NCBI GenBank assembly: GCA_036277775.1
Contig: DASUMJ010000217.1
Span: forward strand, 1 to 49,031
Length of the DNA: 49,031 nucleotides
Direction of reading: 5' to 3'
DNA from: Candidatus Limnocylindrales bacterium
GTDB lineage: Bacteria; Chloroflexota; Limnocylindria; Limnocylindrales; CSP1-4
Position 1 is the stretch's first letter, and every line of letters starts with the position of its first letter. Positions 17,206-25,723 of the stretch are shown in pieces. The notes beneath the pieces were generated by a model. That model saw only the letters and a program-made list of their open reading frames with translations, was not told where the DNA came from and ran no database searches. A program made the translations under genes and the position numbers.

Positions 17206-18077
17206 TGGAGTTCATCACCCAGAGCCTCGTCATCGGGCTCACCGAGCACGCCCCGCTGGTCCTTGCCGCGATCGGCTTCGCCCTGCTCTACCGCCTCACC
17301 GGTCTCATCAACGTCGCCTACTCGGAGACGATCACGCTCGGCGCGTACTTCGGGATGTGGGCCAACACGACGTTCGAGCTGAACTTCTACACGGTCCTCC
17401 TTCCCGCGGGGCTGCTCGCCGGGCTCGTGAGCGTGGCGAGCTATCTGCTGGTCTTCCGGCCCGCCAAGCAGCGCGGGGTGGGCGTGCTGGAGCTCATCAT
17501 CATCTCGTTCGGGCTGTCGATCTTCCTGCGGCACGGCCTCCAGTTCATCTTCGGCTACCCCGTCCGTTTCTACGACGTCCCGCCACCCGACACGATCCCG
17601 GTTCTCGGCGTCGGCGTCAGCTCGTTCCGGCTGCTCGCCCTCGTCAGCGTCGCCGTGCTGGCACTGCTGCTCTACCTGTTCATCCAGCGTTCCAGCCTCG
17701 GCCTCAAGATCCGGGCCCTGGCCAGCGACGAGGGCCTGGCCCAGGTGAGCGGCATCCGGCCGCTCGTGGTGACGGTCCTGATCTGGTTCATCGCCGGTGT
17801 CGCGGGCGGGCTGGCCGGCGCCTTCTACGGCGTCGGGTCGAACGTTGCGCCGCTGCTCGGCTGGCGCCAGTTCCTGATGATCCTGATGGTCGCGCTCGTG
17901 GGCGGAACGTGGGGGCTGGGCGGGGTCATCCTCGTCGGGGTCGGCACGAGCGTGGCGCTGGCTGCCATGGCGCTCCAGTTCGACCAGGTCCTGTATGCGC
18001 AGCTGGTGCTGATCGTCGCGTTCGTCGTCGTCCTGAAGATCCGTGGGCGGCGGGTCGCCGAGACGGCGAAGGTGTAG
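17205..18077 (+). CDS. Branched-chain amino acid-type ABC transporter permease (LivH-like)
   Basis: 290 aa, polytopic and hydrophobic. 'ITQSLVIGLTEHAPLVLAAIGFALLYRLTGLINVAY' is typical of the BPD_transp_2 family. Confidence 0.9.
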   Translation: MEFITQSLVIGLTEHAPLVLAAIGFALLYRLTGLINVAYSETITLGAYFGMWANTTFELNFYTVLLPAGLLAGLVSVASYLLVFRPAKQRGVGVLELIIISFGLSIFLRHGLQFIFGYPVRFYDVPPPDTIPVLGVGVSSFRLLALVSVAVLALLLYLFIQRSSLGLKIRALASDEGLAQVSGIRPLVVTVLIWFIAGVAGGLAGAFYGVGSNVAPLLGWRQFLMILMVALVGGTWGLGGVILVGVGTSVALAAMALQFDQVLYAQLVLIVAFVVVLKIRGRRVAETAKV

Positions 18078-18081
18078 GCAG

Positions 18082-19032
18082 ATGAACCTCGACTGGCTCG
18101 ACGCCTTCCTGATCACCGGGCTGTTCCAGGTCGTGATGGTGATCGGCCTCGGGCTGCTCCTCCATCTCCAGCTGGGGCTCGCCCGAATCGCCAACTTCGG
18201 CGTCGTCGGGTTCTGGGGCCTCGGGATGTACGCCTTCGGCGTGCTGTACGTCCGGGTCGACTGGCCGTTCGGGGAGCCTTGGCAGTTCCTCGTCTGCGCC
18301 GCCGCCGCAACGCTCATCGCCGGCCTCGCCGGACTCCTCGTCGGCTGGCTGATCGCCGACCTCGACACCGACGGCGTGCTCGTGGGCACACTCGGGTTTG
18401 CTACCGCGGTCCAGCTCCTGGCGACGACCGAGGACGACCTCACCGGCGGCGCGCGCGGCATGGGGGGACTCGGCTTCCCGTACGACATCGGCCGGGTCAA
18501 GGAGGACGAGCTGCTGTGGCTGGTGATCACGGCGGTCGTCGTCGTCGCGATCTTCCTTTATGCCTGGCGGGTCCACCGCTCGCCCTACGGGCGGCTACTC
18601 ATCGCCGTCGGTGGCAACGAGCCCCTGACCCGCAGCCTCGGGAAGTCGACATTCCGAGCCAAGCTCTGGCTGTTCACCGTCACGTCGGCTGCGATGGGCC
18701 TCCTCGGCGCGATGAACGGGGTCATGGTGCGCTACCTCGACATCGGCAACGTGGGGGTCGGCGTCACCCTCGCCGCGATGGTCGGGCTCGTGCTGGGCGG
18801 CACCGCACGCGTCTGGGGAGCGGTGGTCGGGGTGATCCTCACCGTGGGGCTGTTCGACATCGTGGTCCAGTCCTACCTGCCGCTCCCCCAGGATTGGTAC
18901 ACGCAGGCGATCCCGGTCCTGCGGGAGGCCGCGTTCGGCCTGACCCTGATGGTCGTCCTGCTGTTCCGGCCGCTCGGCCTGCTCGGGGACATGCGGCGCG
19001 ACGAGCTGATGCGGAAGCTCCATGGTCGCTGA
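18082..19032 (+). CDS. Branched-chain amino acid-type ABC transporter permease (LivM-like)
   Basis: Trimmed to ATG 18082, 4 nt after the LivH-like stop. The protein is hydrophobic and polytopic, and is the second permease of the Liv-type order. Confidence 0.9.
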   Translation: MNLDWLDAFLITGLFQVVMVIGLGLLLHLQLGLARIANFGVVGFWGLGMYAFGVLYVRVDWPFGEPWQFLVCAAAATLIAGLAGLLVGWLIADLDTDGVLVGTLGFATAVQLLATTEDDLTGGARGMGGLGFPYDIGRVKEDELLWLVITAVVVVAIFLYAWRVHRSPYGRLLIAVGGNEPLTRSLGKSTFRAKLWLFTVTSAAMGLLGAMNGVMVRYLDIGNVGVGVTLAAMVGLVLGGTARVWGAVVGVILTVGLFDIVVQSYLPLPQDWYTQAIPVLREAAFGLTLMVVLLFRPLGLLGDMRRDELMRKLHGR

Positions 19033-19816
19033 AGCCGCCGACGCGCCGGCCATCACCCGTCCCCGGCTTCGCGTGAAAGGGGCGGTGAAGAGCTTCTCGG
19101 GTCGCATCGTCGTGGACGTCGACGATCTCGTCCTCGGCGACCGGCCGATCGAGGGCCTCATCGGCCCAAACGGTGCCGGCAAGACGACGCTGATGCGCAT
19201 GATCATGCACTCGACCTCGCTCGATCGGGGCACCATCTCGCTCCTGCCGAGTGACGGTGGCGAAGTGGTCCTGTCGACGCTGCCGGCCTACCGGCTGGCG
19301 CGCCTCGGCGTCGTCAAGAGCAACCAGGTGATCATGGACTTCCCCAAGCTGACCATCTGGGACTCGCTCCTGCTCGCGGTCGCCGGGTCCCGGTACGAGC
19401 AGCCGCACCGGATCTTCAGTGAACGAGCGGTCTTCGAGCAGCACGAGTCCGAGATCCGGCAGTACCTCGACTACTTCGGGTTCAGGGACCCGACGCTGTA
19501 CGCGATGTCGGCCGGCGAGAAGAAGCTCCTCGACATCGTCCGCTGCCTGCTCCTGAAACCCAGGTTCCTCCTGCTCGATGAGCCCACGGCCGGCCTGCCT
19601 GCCGACCTGACCGACAAGGTCATGGCCGTGGTCCGGGACCTGGCGGCGGCGGGGACGTCGGTCGTGGTCGTCGAGCACGACCTCAACGTCATCTGGAACC
19701 TCTGCGACGAGGTCCTCTTCATGGCCGAGGGCAGCGTCATCCTGCGCGGCGACCCCAAGACGATCCGCGAGAACCGGACCGTCGTCGAAAAGTACCTCGG
19801 AGAGGGCCATGTCTGA
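19022..19816 (+). CDS. ABC transporter ATP-binding protein (LivG-like)
   Basis: It has Walker A 'GPNGAGKTT', the signature 'MSAGEKKLL' and Walker B 'LLLDEPTAGL'. It overlaps the upstream gene by 11 nt. Confidence 0.92.
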   Translation: MVAEAADAPAITRPRLRVKGAVKSFSGRIVVDVDDLVLGDRPIEGLIGPNGAGKTTLMRMIMHSTSLDRGTISLLPSDGGEVVLSTLPAYRLARLGVVKSNQVIMDFPKLTIWDSLLLAVAGSRYEQPHRIFSERAVFEQHESEIRQYLDYFGFRDPTLYAMSAGEKKLLDIVRCLLLKPRFLLLDEPTAGLPADLTDKVMAVVRDLAAAGTSVVVVEHDLNVIWNLCDEVLFMAEGSVILRGDPKTIRENRTVVEKYLGEGHV

Positions 19817-20525
19817 GATGGCCCGACCCGTCACCCTCGAGGTCCAGGGGTTGCGCAGCGGCTACCACGGGGTCACCGTCCTCAAAGGCCTCGACTTCAG
19901 CGTCGGCGACGAGATCTTCGCGATCCTGGGAGCCAACGGTGCCGGCAAGACGACGCTGCTCGCGACGCTGGCGCGGCTCATCCCCCTCATGGCCGGGTCG
20001 ATCCGGTTCCAGGGCGAGGACGTGTCGGCGCTGCCGCCGTACGAGACCGCGAGTCGGGGGGTTGGCTACGTGCCCCAGGAGAAGGGCACCTTCGCCGACC
20101 TCAGTGTCATCGAGAACCTCAACATCGGCGGAATGATCGGCCGGCGCCCGCGCGATGAGCGGCTGGCCGAGGTCTTCGAGCTGTTTCCCGCCCTGAAGGA
20201 GCACCAAGCCCAGCCCGCGGGCACGCTCAGCGGGGGTGAGTCACGGATGCTGGCGTGCGCGCGGGCCCTGATGCAGGACCCGAAGGTGTTGCTGCTCGAC
20301 GAGCCGACGGCCGGACTGTCGCCCCTCTACGTCGAGATGTTCTTCGAGAAGGTCAGGGAGATCCACGAGTCCCGGGGGGTCGCCATCGTCCTTGCCGAGC
20401 AGAACGCCACGAAGGCGCTCCAGGTGGCCGACCGGGTGATGGTCCTGAGCCTCGGTGAGGCATTTGCGGTGATGCAGGCATCTGATCTGACAACCCAGCA
20501 GCTCAAGGAGGGATACCGGATCTGA
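19809..20525 (+). CDS. ABC transporter ATP-binding protein (LivF-like)
   Basis: It has Walker A 'GANGAGKTT', the signature 'LSGGESRML' and Walker B 'LLLDEPTAGL'. An alternative in-frame ATG lies at 19818. Confidence 0.92.
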   Translation: MSEMARPVTLEVQGLRSGYHGVTVLKGLDFSVGDEIFAILGANGAGKTTLLATLARLIPLMAGSIRFQGEDVSALPPYETASRGVGYVPQEKGTFADLSVIENLNIGGMIGRRPRDERLAEVFELFPALKEHQAQPAGTLSGGESRMLACARALMQDPKVLLLDEPTAGLSPLYVEMFFEKVREIHESRGVAIVLAEQNATKALQVADRVMVLSLGEAFAVMQASDLTTQQLKEGYRI

Positions 20526-20564
20526 CGTACCGCGCAAGAGTTAGCAAGGATGAGGAGGAACGGA

Positions 20565-21959
20565 ATGACGGTCGGTAGAACGAACTGGGCCCGCACCATG
20601 ATCGGGATCACGGTGCTTGCCCTGGCCGCCGGCGCATGCGGCGGCGGCAGCAGCGCGTCGCCCGACACATCGGCGGTCGCCACGGGCACGCCGGGCACGA
20701 CCGAGCCGCCCTCGACCGAGCCCGTGGTGGTCTGCGAGCTGGCGTACTACACCGGCTCGTTCGCCGCCTACGGCAAGTCGCTCACCGAGGACGTGGCCTT
20801 CCCGATCAACGAGGTCATCAACGAGGACCCGCCGCTGGGCCGGACCTGGACCCTCGTGTCGGAGGACATCGGGGATGACAAGGAAGGCCAGGCGGCGAAG
20901 ACCTGTCTCGAGCAGCGCGGCGCCGAGATCGTCGTGAGCATCGCGCACCAGTACCGGACGTACCGCGAGTACATGATGGAGTACTGGCAGGACAACGACT
21001 CGCCGCTCGGGCCGTCGGTCCACGGCGGGGCCATCCCCGCCAACCTCGGCGGGAAGGCGGCGGAGCCGATCTTCCGCGCACAGGGCCTCGACGAGGCGCT
21101 CGGCATGTCCGGGATCCTGTATGCCGAGACGATCAACGCCGAGAAGATCGTCATCTTCGCCACGCAGGTCGAGGGCTTCCAGCTCGCGGCGAATGCGGCG
21201 GAGAAGGCCGCCGAGGCCGTCGGCATGGAGGTCCTGGCACGAATCGACGTTCAGGCGGAGCAGGCGTCCTACGGCGCCGAAGCCCAGCGGATCGCCACGC
21301 TCGACCCGGACGCCGTCATCGTCCAGGCCGGGTCGGTCGAGTCGGCCGCCCTGATCAAGGCGGCAGCCGAGGCCGGCCTGTCGCTCAACTGGATCGGCGA
21401 AACCGGGTGGATCCAGACCGAGTTCATCGGCACGCTGGGCACCGAGCCCATTGCCTCGCAGAAGGGGATCGGCTTCGCGGCGTTCTCGTACGACGACACC
21501 ACCCCGGCCTGGGACTTCTTCTCGGAGGCATGGACGAACGCGGATCACACAGCGCCCGAGGACGAGGACCCGAAGGGCCTCTACCACTTCTCGACCTACG
21601 ACCTGCTCGTCCAGACGGCCCTGGCCGTCGAGTGGGGCGGGTCGTACAAGGCGAGCGACTGGGCGCCCGCCATGCACGAGGTCGGCGAGGCCCCCGGTGA
21701 GGTCTGCTACACGTATGCCGAGTGCCTGGAGCTCATCCGGGCCGGAACGGACGTGGACTACGAGGGAATCACCGGCAACGGCACCTACACCGACGGTGGC
21801 GTGAACCACGTCGTCCAGTCGTACACACCGTTCGGACTCGACGGCAAGGCCGGCACGCCGGTCATCCTCGACGCCGAGCGGGCGATCGAGATCATGGAGC
21901 AGATCGTGACCAGGGCGGAGTGCGAGCCCGAGGATCCGCCCAACGAGTGTGAGTGGTAA
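20565..21959 (+). CDS. ABC transporter substrate-binding lipoprotein (type I periplasmic-binding fold, Liv family)
   Basis: ATG 20565 lies 6 nt after GAGGAGG. The lipobox is 'LALAAGAC-GG'. The size and gene context fit a Liv-type solute-binding protein. Confidence 0.88.
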   Translation: MTVGRTNWARTMIGITVLALAAGACGGGSSASPDTSAVATGTPGTTEPPSTEPVVVCELAYYTGSFAAYGKSLTEDVAFPINEVINEDPPLGRTWTLVSEDIGDDKEGQAAKTCLEQRGAEIVVSIAHQYRTYREYMMEYWQDNDSPLGPSVHGGAIPANLGGKAAEPIFRAQGLDEALGMSGILYAETINAEKIVIFATQVEGFQLAANAAEKAAEAVGMEVLARIDVQAEQASYGAEAQRIATLDPDAVIVQAGSVESAALIKAAAEAGLSLNWIGETGWIQTEFIGTLGTEPIASQKGIGFAAFSYDDTTPAWDFFSEAWTNADHTAPEDEDPKGLYHFSTYDLLVQTALAVEWGGSYKASDWAPAMHEVGEAPGEVCYTYAECLELIRAGTDVDYEGITGNGTYTDGGVNHVVQSYTPFGLDGKAGTPVILDAERAIEIMEQIVTRAECEPEDPPNECEW

Positions 21960-21989
21960 GGGCGGGCGACAGTCCGTCGACCTGATGAA

Positions 21990-22024
21990 GGGGTCCTCCC
22001 GCCACCCGGCGGAGGACCCCTTTT
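21990..22024 (+). terminator. Rho-independent terminator after the ABC operon
   Basis: GGGGTCCTCCCGCC-ACC-CGGCGGAGGACCCC forms a 13-bp stem with one bulge, followed by TTTT (22021-22024), 30 nt after the stop. Confidence 0.8.
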
Positions 22025-22036
22025 CCATCCCGCCTC

Positions 22037-22080
22037 TTGACCGGGGAATCCATCGTGCCTATTCTCGATAATCGATTATC
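22037..22080 (+). promoter_or_regulatory. Promoter plus operator box E upstream of the cupin/transketolase operon
   Basis: TTGACC (22037-22042), 17-nt spacer, TATTCT (22060-22065). This is fused to TCGATAATCGATTATC (22065-22080), which contains the perfect 14-bp palindrome GATAATCGATTATC (22067-22080). Confidence 0.75.
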
Positions 22081-22121
22081 AGTCGGCGACCCACCGGTCA
22101 GGTGGATGGCGAGGTGATCGG

Positions 22122-22490
22122 ATGATCAAGCGCGTGGCCAGATCCGAGTCCGAGGTGGTTCCCCTCCCCGGCCGGACCTGGCACTCCTACTTCGGCCCTC
22201 GGAACAGCGCGGCGCGGAACGTCTCGATGGGCGTCTCTGTGTTCCCGCCTGGGTCCCGCCCCGCAGGCCACGTCCACCCGGCCGAGGAGGAGACGATCTA
22301 CTGTGCCGCGGGCCGCGGCCGGATCGTGACCCCCGACGGCACGGCCGAGGTCGAGCCGGGCGTCGTCGTCCATGTCTCGCCCGGAACCTTCCACGCGACC
22401 GAGAGCGACGGGCCCGGCGATCTCGAGCTCGTGTGCGTCTTCTCGCCGCCGGTCGTGCCCGGCTCGTACGAGGCGAAGCCGGCGTCGTGA
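22122..22490 (+). CDS. Cupin domain protein
   Basis: GAGGTGA RBS. The cupin motifs are 'GHVHPAEEETIYCAAGRG' and 'VHVSPGTFH'. Confidence 0.85.
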   Translation: MIKRVARSESEVVPLPGRTWHSYFGPRNSAARNVSMGVSVFPPGSRPAGHVHPAEEETIYCAAGRGRIVTPDGTAEVEPGVVVHVSPGTFHATESDGPGDLELVCVFSPPVVPGSYEAKPAS

Positions 22491-23392
22491 CGACCGCGAT
22501 CGGCGCCGCGCCGCCCGACCTCGGCCACCTCCGGGAGATGGCCCGGCGGATCCGGGTCGAGGTGATCCGATCCGTCAACCACGCCCGGGCCGGCCACATC
22601 GGCGGGCCCCTCTCGGCCGCGGACATCCTCGCGGTCCTGTACTTCCACGTGCTCCGGATCCGTCCCGACCACCCGGCCTGGCCGGACCGCGATCGATTCA
22701 TCCTGTCGAAGGGCCACTCGTCGATCGGCCTGTACGCGGCGATGGCGCTGCGGGGCTACTTCCCGGTCGAGGAGCTGCTGACGTTCGACGCTGCGCGCTC
22801 GCGGCTCCAGGGCCATCCCGACATGACCCGACTCCCGGGGCTCGACATGTCGACCGGCTCGCTCGGGATGGGTATCTCGGCGGCCATGGGGATCGCCCTC
22901 GGGGCCCGACTCACCGGTCGCGACGTCCGGGCGTTCGTCATGCTCGGCGACGGCGAGTGCCAGGAAGGGGAGGTCTGGGAGGCCGCCATGTCCGCGCCCC
23001 GGTACGGCCTCGACAACCTCATCGCGATCGTCGACGCGAATCGGCTCCAGCAGTACGGCTGGCCCGGCGATGGCCCCGACGGCCGGATCCCACCGCAGCG
23101 CGAGGGCGAGCTCGCGGCGAAGTGGGCGGCCTTCGGCTGGCGGGTCCTCGAGGTCGACGGCCATGACGTCGGCGAACTCGTCCGGATCCTCGGGCAGGCC
23201 GTTGCCGGCGACGGCCGGCCATGTGTCGTCATCGCCCACACCGTGAAGGGCAAGGGCGTGTCGTTCATGGAGGGCCACTACTTCTGGCACACCCGGGCGA
23301 TCAAGCCTGAGGAGCTCTCCGCGGCGATGGCCGAGCTCGGGGAGCCGCCGCCGGACGTCGGCGGCCCGGCGACGACCGAGGCCGGGCGATGA
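22487..23392 (+). CDS. Transketolase, N-terminal (TPP-binding) subunit
   Basis: The GTG start overlaps the cupin stop (GTGA). Motifs are 'AGHIGGPLSAADILAVLYF' and 'GDGECQEGEVWEAA'. Confidence 0.92.
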   Translation: MTTAIGAAPPDLGHLREMARRIRVEVIRSVNHARAGHIGGPLSAADILAVLYFHVLRIRPDHPAWPDRDRFILSKGHSSIGLYAAMALRGYFPVEELLTFDAARSRLQGHPDMTRLPGLDMSTGSLGMGISAAMGIALGARLTGRDVRAFVMLGDGECQEGEVWEAAMSAPRYGLDNLIAIVDANRLQQYGWPGDGPDGRIPPQREGELAAKWAAFGWRVLEVDGHDVGELVRILGQAVAGDGRPCVVIAHTVKGKGVSFMEGHYFWHTRAIKPEELSAAMAELGEPPPDVGGPATTEAGR

Positions 23393-24342
23393 CGCTCACG
23401 ACGCCGCTGCCGACCGGCCGGCCGATGCGCGAGATCTTCGGCGAAACGGTCGCCGAGCTGGCCGCGGAGGACCCCCGGATCTACATGCTCGATGGGGACG
23501 TCGGCAGCTCGACCCGAGCCGACATCTTCGAGAAGGCCCACCCCGACCGCTACCTCCAGATGGGCATCGCCGAGCAGAACATGCTCGGCGTAGCCGCCGG
23601 GATGGCCACGATGGGCCTCGTCCCGTTCATCAGCACGTTCGTCTCGTTCGCGGTGGTCCGCCCGCTCGACCAGATCCGGGTCCTGATCGCCCAGCCCCGC
23701 CTGAACGTGAAGATCACGCCGAGCTACGCCGGGCTGTTCACCGGCCAGACGGGGATGAGCCACATCATCGTCGACGACCTGGCCATCATGCGATCGCTGC
23801 CGAACATGGTCTGCGTTGCCCCGGCCGACCACGTCGAGGCCCGGCTCGCGCTTCGCTGGGCCGCCGGGTACGACGGGCCGTGCTACGTACGGCTCGGTCG
23901 CGACGCGACCGCCCAACTGTTCGACGACGACCACCGCTTCGAGCTCGGCCGGGCGCTCTGGATCCGGGAAGGGCGCGACGTCACGCTCGTCTCGACGGGG
24001 GCCCAGACGACCCGGACCGTCGAGGCCGCCGAGCTCCTGGCGGCCGAGGGCATCTCGGCCGGGGTCCTCCACGTCGCGACCGTCAAGCCGCTCGACGTCG
24101 AGGCTCTCGTCGCGGCGGCCGAGCGAACCGACCACGTCGTCACGGTCGAGGAGCACACGATCCTCGGCGGGCTCGGGGGCGCGGTCGCCGAGGTCCTGTC
24201 GGAGCACCGGCCGACGCGGATCCATCGGATCGGTCTCCGGGACGTGGACGTCGAGTCGGGCCCGAACGCCGAGCTCCTCGACCTCTACGGCCTGTCGTCG
24301 GAGCGGGTGGCCGAGCAGGTCCGGGCGCTGGTCCGGGCCTGA
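23389..24342 (+). CDS. Transketolase, C-terminal (pyrimidine-binding) subunit
   Basis: ATGA overlap with the N-terminal subunit gene. 'GIAEQNMLGVAAGMA' is typical of the transketolase Pyr domain. Confidence 0.92.
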   Translation: MTLTTPLPTGRPMREIFGETVAELAAEDPRIYMLDGDVGSSTRADIFEKAHPDRYLQMGIAEQNMLGVAAGMATMGLVPFISTFVSFAVVRPLDQIRVLIAQPRLNVKITPSYAGLFTGQTGMSHIIVDDLAIMRSLPNMVCVAPADHVEARLALRWAAGYDGPCYVRLGRDATAQLFDDDHRFELGRALWIREGRDVTLVSTGAQTTRTVEAAELLAAEGISAGVLHVATVKPLDVEALVAAAERTDHVVTVEEHTILGGLGGAVAEVLSEHRPTRIHRIGLRDVDVESGPNAELLDLYGLSSERVAEQVRALVRA

Positions 24343-24359
24343 GCCCTCCCGGCCCGTCG

Positions 24360-25028
24360 TCAGGCCGGCTTCGACCCCTCGTCGTGCCACGGCTCGGTGA
24401 GATGGCTGCTGGCCTGTTCGAAGTGGTCACGAAGCGCGGCCACCACGGCCTCCGGGTCCCGGGTCCGGAGGGCCTCGACGATTTGCGGATGGAGACCCGC
24501 CGTCCAGTGCGTATCGGCCCCCACGACCGAGATGTACGTCCGGGAGTAGGGCTCGAGCGAGCGCCAGACCCGGGCGAGCGTCGCGTTGTCCGACAGCTGC
24601 AGGAGTCGCCCGTGGAAGGTCGCGTCGGCGAGGGCCACGGCGTGTCGGTCGCCCGTGTCGGCGGCGCGCTCCATCTCGGCGAGGAGGTCTTCGATGTCGG
24701 CCAGGTCACGATCCGTCATCATCGGCACGCCGAGCCTGGCGCCGAGCGCCTCGAGCTCGGCGCGGATCGTGTACGCCTCGAGCAGCTCGCTTCGGGACGG
24801 ATGGCGCACTCGAGCGCCTCGGAAGGGCAGGATCTCGACGACGCCAAGCGCCTCGAGGCCTCGAAGCGCCTCACGGACGGGGGCCTGGCTCGTACCAAGC
24901 TCGCGCGCCACGCGGGTCTCGATGATCCGTGACTTCGCCGGGTACCGACCGGACAGGATGTCCTCGAGGAGCCGGTCCTTCACCTGTTCCGCAAGGACGT
25001 TGCGCGAGACAACCCGAGCGTCGGTCAT
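24360..25028 (-). CDS. GntR family transcriptional regulator (FadR-type), paralog of 11784-12527
   Basis: Trimmed to ATG 25028 (GGGAG RBS). The wHTH 'RIIETRVARELGTSQAPVREALRGLEALGVVE' is nearly identical to the first GntR. Confidence 0.9.
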   Translation of the reverse strand: MTDARVVSRNVLAEQVKDRLLEDILSGRYPAKSRIIETRVARELGTSQAPVREALRGLEALGVVEILPFRGARVRHPSRSELLEAYTIRAELEALGARLGVPMMTDRDLADIEDLLAEMERAADTGDRHAVALADATFHGRLLQLSDNATLARVWRSLEPYSRTYISVVGADTHWTAGLHPQIVEALRTRDPEAVVAALRDHFEQASSHLTEPWHDEGSKPA

Positions 25029-25104
25029 CTGGGCTCCCGTGGCGGACTGGGCTGCTCCGCAGTCTAGCGCCGCGCCGGTCGCCTCGCGGCACGTGCGCCT
25101 GTGC

Positions 25105-25638
25105 TCATCGACCCTCCCCGGCCGGGCCGATCCGAGGATCGGCGGCCGGTTCCGCGGGCCTGGCGCGGCGGTCCCGCCCGAGATCGTCGGCAAGCGGACC
25201 GACACGCCCGACGACGAACTCGAGCTGCCGGAGGCATGCGGTGCGCCAGGCCCCAGAAGCCAGGAACGCGTCGTGCCCGCCCGGGGCCCGGAGGTCGACG
25301 CCCGTCAGGGATCGGCAATCGACGGCGCCGAACTCGGTCTCGAAGTCGTCGAGGAGGGCTGCCACGGCCCCACGGGCCATCAGCTTCGCTTCCTGGTGAT
25401 CCGGCAGGCGGCGCGCCGCGAGGAGGCCGATCGCCAGGGCGGCGCCGGTCACCGCGCCGCACGGCCCGCCGCTGTAGGCAAGCCCGCCGTTCAGGGCCAT
25501 CGCGGCGGCGGAGTCGGCGGGGTCAGGGAGACCGTAGCGAGCCTTCAGGACCATGAACGCCGTCTCGGCACAACCGTGCAGACCTCCCTCGGCCAGGAAG
25601 ATCGATCGAACGGCCTGGGTCGCGGCGACCTGGTCCAT
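25105..25638 (-). CDS. C_GCAxxG_C_C family protein (putative redox-active)
   Basis: It has 'LHGCAETAFMVL', 'GGPCGAVTGA', 'VDCRSLTG' and 'ACLRQLEF', in the cysteine pattern of that family. ATG 25638 lies 4 nt after GGGGAGG. Confidence 0.75.
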   Translation of the reverse strand: MDQVAATQAVRSIFLAEGGLHGCAETAFMVLKARYGLPDPADSAAAMALNGGLAYSGGPCGAVTGAALAIGLLAARRLPDHQEAKLMARGAVAALLDDFETEFGAVDCRSLTGVDLRAPGGHDAFLASGAWRTACLRQLEFVVGRVGPLADDLGRDRRARPAEPAADPRIGPAGEGR

Positions 25639-25723
25639 CACGCCTCCCCGGGCGCCATCCGCGGTTCCGCAAGTCGGACGACACCCCCTGCTTGATCTCG
25701 CAAGATTATGCTACGATCTGCGC

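Noticed and set aside
17019-18530. 503-aa minus-strand ORF opposite the ABC permeases
   Set aside because: It is a shadow ORF. The plus strand encodes two hydrophobic Liv-type permeases.
253-22080. Whether the AT-rich boxes are ends of a MITE/IS or att sites rather than operators
   Set aside because: There is no transposase or integrase and there are no flanking direct repeats. Every copy sits at a fixed position relative to a -10 hexamer upstream of a gene start. This fits operators, not mobile-element termini.
25692-25723. Possible leaderless promoter for the DeoR gene (TACGAT at 25712-25717 just before GTG 25724)
   Set aside because: No acceptable -35 element lies at 16-19 nt spacing, and the DeoR start codon itself is uncertain. 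The evidence is too weak to call.
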